Shown piece after piece: positions 1-5,698 of a DNA stretch of 10,927 nucleotides (its first letter is position 1; each line of letters opens with the position of its first letter). Below the pieces are notes generated by a model. The model saw only the letters and a list, made by a program, of their open reading frames with translations, did not search any database and was not told the origin of the DNA. The DNA is from a virus. Where the stretch lies: positions 1 through 10,927 of the IMG/VR virus record IMGVR_UViG_3300045988_035751. One strand, written 5' to 3'. A program made the position numbers and the translations under genes.

Positions 1-16
1 ATGCACAACAAACCCC

Positions 17-56
17 TTTTTAACATTTCCCAACACATTTTTAACATTCGCCAACA
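17..56 (+). repeat. Two direct repeats inside the ITR with a 21-bp period: TTTTTAACATT-NNN-CAACA
   Basis: 17..35 is tttttaacatttcccaaca and 38..56 is tttttaacattcgccaaca. Sixteen to 17 of 19 positions are identical. The pair is mirrored at 10872..10911 in the right ITR. Confidence 0.8.
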
Positions 57-59
57 GAG

Positions 60-91
60 TTTGGCACGCTTTTTGCATAGGCCGTGCCAAA
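60..91 (+). promoter_or_regulatory. Palindromic ITR element TTTGGCACG-N14-CGTGCCAAA containing a full match to the sigma-54 -24/-12 consensus (62..78)
   Basis: Half-sites at 60..68 and 83..91 are exact reverse complements. 62..78 reads TGGCACG-CTTT-TTGCA-T, which is TGGCACG-N4-TTGCW with the GG-to-GC offset of 12 nt. The mirror copy lies at 10837..10868. The function (promoter or origin/protein-binding site) is unresolved. Confidence 0.5.
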
Positions 92-132
92 CCTCCAAAA
101 TTAAAGAAAAAAAACACATCACAGCAAAACAA

Positions 133-153
133 TTTGGCACGTTATTTGTATAG
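133..153 (+). promoter_or_regulatory. Second, slightly degenerate copy of the terminal motif (TTTGGCACGTTATTTGTATAG)
   Basis: 135..150 reads TGGCACG-TTAT-TTGTA, with GT in place of GC at the -12 position. It has the same orientation as the ITR copy and lies 73 bp further in. Confidence 0.4.
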
Positions 154-198
154 AAAAAAATAAAAATTCGCCTTTTAAGATTTATTAAGACTAAAAAA

Positions 199-230
199 TT
201 TGCATAGAGTACACAAAGTTACTACCTTTG
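199..230 (+). promoter_or_regulatory. Bacteroidota-type promoter (-33 TTTG, -7 TAnnTTTG) for the early genes
   Basis: TTTG at 199..202, a 20-nt spacer, then TAccTTTG at 223..230. The extended form TTTGCA...TTTGCAAT is shared with the promoter at 7207..7238. Confidence 0.55.
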
Positions 231-317
231 CAATATCAAAATAAAACAATAAAGCAATTTGTATCATATACATACGACTTGCTACAGGGTAAATTATTTA
301 CTAAATAAAAAGGTAAC

Positions 318-338
318 GCCCCACCTAACCAGTGGGGC
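318..338 (+). promoter_or_regulatory. GC-rich stem-loop in the 5' leader (GCCCCAC-ctaacca-GTGGGGC)
   Basis: A 7-bp perfect stem, 6 of 7 pairs GC, with a 7-nt loop. It ends 17 nt upstream of the ATG at 355. No T-tract follows on the + strand. Confidence 0.35.
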
Positions 339-354
339 AACCAACAAAATAACA

Positions 355-606
355 ATGGCAACCACCCCACAAATGTACGATGAGATTGCACGTATTTTAC
401 GCGTAACTCGTAACAATGTTGAGTATGAAGCAGAGCGTAACAAATCGCAATTACTTTGCGATGTTGCGACAACGTTAGGCAATTTGGCTACTTTAGTAGA
501 CAATATAATCACCGATATAAAGGCGCGCGAAATCTCGCAAAAGAAAGAGAGCGAGCGAAACAGCGCCAATAACTTCTACATGGAGCGTTTCACAAAGCAA
601 CTTTAG
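355..606 (+). CDS. Small helical early protein (83 aa), function unknown
   Basis: The ORF track gives 259..606. I prefer the internal Met33 (ATG at 355, MATTPQMYDEIARIL...) because 259..354 spans the leader hairpin and encodes an atypical H/C/Y-rich peptide. The start at 259 cannot be excluded. Confidence 0.6.
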   Translation: MATTPQMYDEIARILRVTRNNVEYEAERNKSQLLCDVATTLGNLATLVDNIITDIKAREISQKKESERNSANNFYMERFTKQL

Positions 607-622
607 AACCCTATTATATAAC

Positions 623-662
623 GTTTCACGTGAAACAAAATACAAATTGTTTCACGTGGAAC
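623..662. promoter_or_regulatory. Pair of operator-like palindromes, GTTTCACGTGAAAC and GTTTCACGTGGAAC
   Basis: 623..636 is a perfect 14-bp palindrome. 649..662 is the same sequence with one change. The centres are 26 bp apart and both lie in the 72-bp intergenic gap before the gene at 679. Confidence 0.5.
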
Positions 663-678
663 ACTAACAAAAACCGAA

Positions 679-885
679 ATGAAAAAGAAGATTTTTAAGA
701 ACGTAGGCCAATACATTTTTTTGGTGTATGCCTTTGCATTTATTGGTTGCTTACTCTACCTTTGCGCAATCCTACAAAGTTGCTCAATGTACAGACAAAC
801 CGACATTAACGGCAAAGCCACGATTGTAACCACAGACACAACGTACATCAATCATAACACTTTACTTAAATATCCAAAGAAATGA
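679..885 (+). CDS. Small secreted or lipoprotein-like membrane protein (68 aa)
   Basis: MKKKIFK n-region, a hydrophobic core YIFLVYAFAFIGCLLYLCAIL, and Cys residues in lipobox-like contexts (FIGC, LQSC). Its stop overlaps the next start (ATGA at 882..885). Confidence 0.6.
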   Translation: MKKKIFKNVGQYIFLVYAFAFIGCLLYLCAILQSCSMYRQTDINGKATIVTTDTTYINHNTLLKYPKK

Positions 886-1052
886 ACGAAGAACAAAACG
901 TATTTGATGAAGCGATATTTACCGCTTGCACATCATTAGGCCAACTTATGACCACCAAAGAAGTTAACGCGAATACTCGCACACTTCTTAAAATCTCGAA
1001 GTTTAGAAACTTCCTGATTACATTAGGCAACGAACATACAGCTAACAACTAA
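882..1052 (+). CDS. Unlisted 56-aa ORF (MNEEQNVFDEAIFTACTSLGQLMTTKEVNANTRTLLKISKFRNFLITLGNEHTANN)
   Basis: Hand-translated with no internal stop. It falls below the 60-aa cutoff of the ORF track. It fills an otherwise 178-bp gap in a densely packed genome and is coupled to the upstream gene by an ATGA overlap. Confidence 0.45.
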   Translation: MNEEQNVFDEAIFTACTSLGQLMTTKEVNANTRTLLKISKFRNFLITLGNEHTANN

Positions 1053-1063
1053 AGTACTAAGTT

Positions 1064-1417
1064 ATGACAAGTTTTGCAGAAACGTATAATAAGGGCAATA
1101 TTAACCCTTTTAAGTTTGACCTTAAAGGCTATGAATTTACTAGCCTTAAAGAGTTATACAACAGCGACCCCAACAAAGTACACGCGCTTGACGGGTTTTA
1201 TTTTACCCGTGGTAAGTTCGGTGTAAAAGTCGTGGTTGTGATGTCAGACGTAAAAAAGCGTGTTGATATGCCTATATACCTAACAAAGGTATTTAATGAC
1301 ATCGTAAATAACACGGATGCAGTAAATGACATCAAAAACGGCAAAGTTGGTTTTGTGGTACGAAAGTACGAGAGCCACGGCCGCAACTGCCACACTATTA
1401 GTTTTAAGGACATCTAA
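1064..1417 (+). CDS. 117-aa beta-rich protein; candidate phi29 p5-type ssDNA-binding protein (function tentative)
   Basis: Clean ORF that ends just before a terminator. Its size, its position upstream of the TP-polymerase pair, and the C-terminal pattern KVVVVMSD...GKVGFVVRKYESHGRNCHTISF resemble phi29 SSB as I recall it. Confidence 0.7.
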   Translation: MTSFAETYNKGNINPFKFDLKGYEFTSLKELYNSDPNKVHALDGFYFTRGKFGVKVVVVMSDVKKRVDMPIYLTKVFNDIVNNTDAVNDIKNGKVGFVVRKYESHGRNCHTISFKDI

Positions 1418-1430
1418 CAAGTAACACATT

Positions 1431-1468
1431 TAGGTAGATAGAATATAACTATCTACCTATTTTAATTT
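1431..1468 (+). terminator. Intrinsic terminator or attenuator after the early gene block
   Basis: An 11-bp perfect stem TAGGTAGATAG (1431..1441) / CTATCTACCTA (1449..1459) with a 7-nt loop, followed by TTTTAATTT (1460..1468). Confidence 0.7.
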
Positions 1469-1475
1469 AAGCACT

Positions 1476-2114
1476 ATGCCTAACAAGATAGGATACAAAC
1501 AGAGTGTATTTACAGCAACTCAACGTACAGAGTTAAGGCAGGATATAATACAAAGTGTTGAGAGTAGCCCCGAACTCCGTAAGGAGGTAAGGCGCGTATT
1601 TCAACAAGCAAATAGACGCATACAGAATATCGAAGAAAAAGGCCTTTTAAGCCCCGCGGTAACAGCACTAAACAAAGGCGATATTAAAGGCTTTAGCAAA
1701 TTTTCTGTCAGTGGTCAAAGTTGGGACGAAATAAAAACAGAGTACGCAAAGGCAGTATCTTTTTTGCGTCAACCTACGAGTACAGCGCAAGGCACACGAA
1801 CGTATAACGACCACCTAAAAACCGCGTACGGCCTTACTGACAAAGAATTTAATTTAATGGCTGATAAGCTAAATGAAAAGCTAACAAGTTTAAGCGATAG
1901 CGATTTTGTCGAAAAATACCTAATGAGGTATAAAGACTTCACGGGCGACCTAGAGCAAAGCGCAAGGGACGCGAGCGAGCAAATTGAAAGTGAAGCAGTA
2001 AGTCTACAAAACGCGATAAATAGCAATATTGAAAGCGAGGCCAACAAATTAACTAACGAAGTCGAAAGCGAGATAAGCAGCATACTAGACGAATTTAATA
2101 ATTTCGGACTATGA
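1476..2114 (+). CDS. Candidate terminal protein (212 aa), the primer for protein-primed replication
   Basis: It lies immediately upstream of the PolB gene and is translationally coupled to it (ATGA at 2111..2114), as TP genes are in phi29-like phages. It has a basic N-terminal part (RKEVRRVFQQANRRIQNIEEKG), a segment SWDEIKTEYAKAVSFLRQ resembling phi29 TP FNKWKEQASSFTNR, and an acidic Ser-rich C-terminus. Confidence 0.6.
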   Translation: MPNKIGYKQSVFTATQRTELRQDIIQSVESSPELRKEVRRVFQQANRRIQNIEEKGLLSPAVTALNKGDIKGFSKFSVSGQSWDEIKTEYAKAVSFLRQPTSTAQGTRTYNDHLKTAYGLTDKEFNLMADKLNEKLTSLSDSDFVEKYLMRYKDFTGDLEQSARDASEQIESEAVSLQNAINSNIESEANKLTNEVESEISSILDEFNNFGL

Positions 2115-4297
2115 AAAAGGTGCATTATGAGCAACAAAGTGGTATTTATAAGGCAACCGACATAAAAGATATTTTGCAGTTGGCCGTAAATGACAAAAAC
2201 GTAATAGGCAATAACAAAGGGTGTAAATTTTACAACGTCCCTTGTGCCTTTGATATCGAAGTAAGTAGCTTTTACCGAGACGGAGACGGCAGCACATACA
2301 CGTACGAGCAGTGCACCAAATTAGGTGTAAAAATGGAAAAGTGTGCTATTATGTACGTGTGGCAATTTGGTATAAATGGGTACGTAATAGTTGGCCGTAC
2401 ATGGGACGAGTTTACATCCATGTGTAACACGATAGCAAAAACGTTGGAGTTATCCACTAACAAAAAACTAATTGTGTACATTCATAATCTATCTTACGAA
2501 TTTCAATTTTTGCGTACTTTGTTTGATTGGGAGAAAGTTTTTAGCATTGATTTGCGCAAACCCCTATACGCTACTACAACTATAGGTATAGAATTTAGGT
2601 GTAGCTACTTGTTAAGCGGTTATAATTTGGCAAAGTTAGGCGAACAGCTACAAACGTACAAATGCGCAAAAATGGTTGGAGATTTGGACTACACCAAAAT
2701 ACGACACACCCAAACAGATTTAACCCCTAAAGAGTTGATGTATTGCGTGAATGATATAAGAGTGGTTATGAACTACATACAAGAGCAATTAGAGCAAAAC
2801 AAGTTAATAACAAGATTGCCCCTAACCAAAACAGGGTATGTCCGTAAGCATTGCCGCAAAGCGATGTTAAGTAAAAATGTAAACGGCAAAACCGCAAGAA
2901 ATTGGCAGTGTATAAACTTAATCCACTCGCTAACTATCAACGGCCTACACGAATTTAATATGTTGCAAAGGGCGTTTAGTGGCGGCTTTACGCACGGCAA
3001 TGCTAACCACATAGATGAAATTTGTGAAGACGTTGCAAGTTACGATTTTACAAGTAGTTACCCATATGTTATGGTATCGGAAAAATTCCCCATGAGTAAG
3101 GGGGTACGAGTGAACCCCCGAAACATGAAAGAATTTGAATACTACATAAGTAAGTACCTTTGTATCTTTGACATTGAATTTACCAACATCTTTGCAAAAG
3201 AGTTGCAAGATAACCCAATAAGTGTAAGCAAATGCTTTGTCAAGGTAAATCACGTGGAGAATAACGGGCGGCTTGTTTGTGCAGCAAAGGTAGCCACTAC
3301 TATAACAAACATAGACTACAACATAATACGCAACTTTTACACGTGGGGAGGTGTTCGTATCGGTGCAATGTATTGTTATAAGGCCGACTATTTACCAACT
3401 GATTTTGTACGTACAATCTTGGATTTGTACGAAAACAAAACAAAATTAAAAGGCGTGCGAGGAAAAGAAGTGGAGTACCTCAATAGTAAGGAAATGTTAA
3501 ATAGTTGCTATGGTATGTGTGTTACTAACCCTTTGCGCGATGATTTTGTGTATAATGGCCAATGGGACGAAAACACACTAACAGACAGCGAAAAGGCCGA
3601 AATGTTGCAGAAGTACAACGAAAGTAAAAACCGCTTTTTGTTTTATCCGTGGGGGGTATTTGTAACCGCGTACGCAAGGCGCAATTTATTTACGGCAATC
3701 TATGATGCAAAGCAAGATTACATTTACAGCGATACTGACAGCATAAAGTTAAAGAATGCAGCAGCACATAAGCGGTATTTTGATATGTACAACAATGTAG
3801 TATATAACAAATTAAGAGCAGCGTGCAAACATCACAACATAGACTTTGCCAAATGCGAACCCGAAACAATTAAGGGAGTTACTAAAACGTTAGGCGTTTG
3901 GGACTACGAAGGGACATACAAACGCTTTAAGACGTTAGGCGCAAAGAGGTACATGATACAGGAAGAAAACGCGCTAAACGTAGGCGGCAAAAGTTATGAA
4001 TATAGTTTGACAATAAGCGGTGTAAACAAAAAAGCGGCTATCCCTTATTTAGTTAAAAAGTATGGTGATGATATATTTAACGCCTTTACAAATTACATTG
4101 AATTTCCGTGCGAGGCCACAGGGAAAAATATACATACATACATAGACTACAAAATAACGGGTGAAGTTACCGACTATCAAGGTAAAAAGTGTACATTTGC
4201 CGAAAATACGGGTGTACACTTAGAGCCAACAAGTTATAACTTATCTTTAAGTATAATGTACCTTAATTACCTAAAGGGTATAAAGCTAAAAGATTAA
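2111..4297 (+). CDS. Family-B DNA polymerase, protein-primed (phi29 gp2-like), 728 aa
   Basis: Exo I is FDIE (D48/E50, 2252..2260). Exo II is HNLSYE (residues 125-130). Exo III is YCVNDIRVV (211-219). RAFSGGFTH precedes motif A DFTSSYP (312-318). Motif B is KEMLNSCYG (460-468). Motif C is YSDTDS (539-544, 3725..3742). The KxY motif is GAKRYM (610-615). PWGVFVTAYARR parallels phi29 PMGVFITAWARY. Confidence 0.97.
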   Translation: MKKVHYEQQSGIYKATDIKDILQLAVNDKNVIGNNKGCKFYNVPCAFDIEVSSFYRDGDGSTYTYEQCTKLGVKMEKCAIMYVWQFGINGYVIVGRTWDEFTSMCNTIAKTLELSTNKKLIVYIHNLSYEFQFLRTLFDWEKVFSIDLRKPLYATTTIGIEFRCSYLLSGYNLAKLGEQLQTYKCAKMVGDLDYTKIRHTQTDLTPKELMYCVNDIRVVMNYIQEQLEQNKLITRLPLTKTGYVRKHCRKAMLSKNVNGKTARNWQCINLIHSLTINGLHEFNMLQRAFSGGFTHGNANHIDEICEDVASYDFTSSYPYVMVSEKFPMSKGVRVNPRNMKEFEYYISKYLCIFDIEFTNIFAKELQDNPISVSKCFVKVNHVENNGRLVCAAKVATTITNIDYNIIRNFYTWGGVRIGAMYCYKADYLPTDFVRTILDLYENKTKLKGVRGKEVEYLNSKEMLNSCYGMCVTNPLRDDFVYNGQWDENTLTDSEKAEMLQKYNESKNRFLFYPWGVFVTAYARRNLFTAIYDAKQDYIYSDTDSIKLKNAAAHKRYFDMYNNVVYNKLRAACKHHNIDFAKCEPETIKGVTKTLGVWDYEGTYKRFKTLGAKRYMIQEENALNVGGKSYEYSLTISGVNKKAAIPYLVKKYGDDIFNAFTNYIEFPCEATGKNIHTYIDYKITGEVTDYQGKKCTFAENTGVHLEPTSYNLSLSIMYLNYLKGIKLKD

Positions 4298-4323
4298 TGT
4301 TCAACGCGAAACAATTTTGAACA

Positions 4324-5454
4324 ATGAAGAAAGAAACAAATAAGAAAGAAACTATAAAATTTTACTCCCTCGCCAACATATTAAACAAAAAGGCAGATTA
4401 TAATATAATATTCGGCGAGCGCTCAAACGGCAAAACATACGCTACTTTGGCGTATGGCCTAAAGAAGTACGTACAAACTGGTGAGCAAATGGCCTATATA
4501 CGTAGGTGGCGCGAGGATTTACGCGGCAAACGTGCAGAAAATCTGTTTACTAACCACGTAGCAAACGGGTACATTGAAGAAGTAACAAAGGGTGAATTCA
4601 ACGCGGTTTTTTACATTGGTGGTAAATGGTATCTAGCAAAATACGACTCCGAAAAAAAGAAGTATGTACCACAAACTACACCTTTTTGCTATGGTTTTTG
4701 TCTGTCAGAGCAGGAACACGAAAAAAGCAGCAGTTACCCCAACGTTACAACAATTGTTTTTGATGAGTTTTTAACTCGTCGCTACTACCTACCCGATGAA
4801 TTTATGCTATTTATGAACTTGTTAAGCACCATAATAAGACAGCGCGACAACGTTAAAGTTTTTATGTTGGGTAACACAATAAACAAGTTTTGCCCCTACT
4901 TTACGGAAATGGGCCTAAAGCAAGTAACTAACATGGAGCAGGGCGCTATCGACATATATAAGTTTGGGCAACATGGTGCAGTAGTAGCGGTGGAGTATTG
5001 CAGTACCATTGTTAAACAAAAAGCAAGTAATAAATATTTTTGCTTTGACAATCAAAACCTTGAAATGATAACGGGCGGAAAGTGGGAAATGTCCGTATAT
5101 CCACACCTACCAACGAAGTACAAGCCTAGTGATGTTTTATTTGTGTATTACATTGTTTTTAACGAATACATTTTGCAGGGCAACATAATACAGCACGGGG
5201 GCGAAAATTTTACATACATACACGTAAAAACCACCCCAATAAAAGACCCCGACAACGCGCTAATATATAGCCTAAGCATGAACGGAAAGCCAAACTACAA
5301 GCGCAAATTAATAAGTAGTGCAACGTACTTAGAGAGCCAAGTTGCGAGGTATTTTGCCACTGATAAAGTATTTTACCAAAATAACGAAGTTGGCGAGATT
5401 GTAAGAAATTATTTAATTACTTCTGCAAAAACCAACATTGTAAGTGTAAAATAA
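4324..5454 (+). CDS. DNA encapsidation ATPase (phi29 gp16-like), 376 aa
   Basis: Walker A is GERSNGKT (residues 31-38, 4414..4437) in the context DYNIIFGERSNGKTY, which parallels phi29 gp16 LNFVIGARGIGKSY. Walker B is TIVFDE (4750..4767). Confidence 0.9.
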   Translation: MKKETNKKETIKFYSLANILNKKADYNIIFGERSNGKTYATLAYGLKKYVQTGEQMAYIRRWREDLRGKRAENLFTNHVANGYIEEVTKGEFNAVFYIGGKWYLAKYDSEKKKYVPQTTPFCYGFCLSEQEHEKSSSYPNVTTIVFDEFLTRRYYLPDEFMLFMNLLSTIIRQRDNVKVFMLGNTINKFCPYFTEMGLKQVTNMEQGAIDIYKFGQHGAVVAVEYCSTIVKQKASNKYFCFDNQNLEMITGGKWEMSVYPHLPTKYKPSDVLFVYYIVFNEYILQGNIIQHGGENFTYIHVKTTPIKDPDNALIYSLSMNGKPNYKRKLISSATYLESQVARYFATDKVFYQNNEVGEIVRNYLITSAKTNIVSVK

Positions 5455-5456
5455 CT

Positions 5457-5468
5457 TTTGTATATTTG
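5457..5468 (+). promoter_or_regulatory. Possible -7 promoter box TAtaTTTG (weak candidate)
   Basis: TATATTTGCA at 5461..5470 resembles the -7 boxes at 223 and 7231, but there is no clean TTTG about 20 nt upstream (only cATTG at 5436..5440). Confidence 0.25.
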
Positions 5469-5491
5469 CAGTATTAATAACACCTTACAAA

Positions 5492-5698
5492 ATGGATATT
5501 ACACAAGTTACACAAATGATTTCAAACGTTGGCTTTCCAATTGCTATGTGCTTAATTGTATTTTATTACATGACAAAGCACGACGAGCTGCACAAGGAAG
5601 AAACCGACAACCTACGTACAACTTTGGAGGATAACACAAATGTACTCAGCGAGTTATCAACCCTTATAAAAACTTTGACAAATGGCAAAGAAAGATAA
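5492..5698 (+). CDS. Small single-pass membrane protein (68 aa), YvrJ-like; possible holin or lysis factor
   Basis: An N-terminal TM segment ISNVGFPIAMCLIVFYYM is followed by a charged helical tail. The GFPI-containing pattern recalls the YvrJ small-membrane-protein family; this is from memory and unverified. Confidence 0.6.
   Translation: MDITQVTQMISNVGFPIAMCLIVFYYMTKHDELHKEETDNLRTTLEDNTNVLSELSTLIKTLTNGKER

Larger units (their letters stand above)
1..97. repeat. Left inverted terminal repeat (97 bp, perfect)
   Basis: The reverse complement of 10831..10927 equals 1..97 at every base by manual comparison. The first mismatch is at position 98 versus 10830. Confidence 0.97.

Noticed and set aside
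259-354. The upstream extension of the first gene (start at 259 as in the ORF track).
   Set aside because: The extension encodes MYHIHTTCYRVNYLLNKKVTPHLTSGATNKIT, which is compositionally unlike the other proteins, and it runs through the GC hairpin at 318..338. I annotated the Met at 355 but cannot exclude 259.
4298-4323. An inverted repeat TGTTCAA-N12-TTGAACA ending immediately before the ATPase start codon; possible translational control.
   Set aside because: The stem is only 7 bp, AT-rich, and has a 12-nt loop. It is too weak to call from sequence alone.
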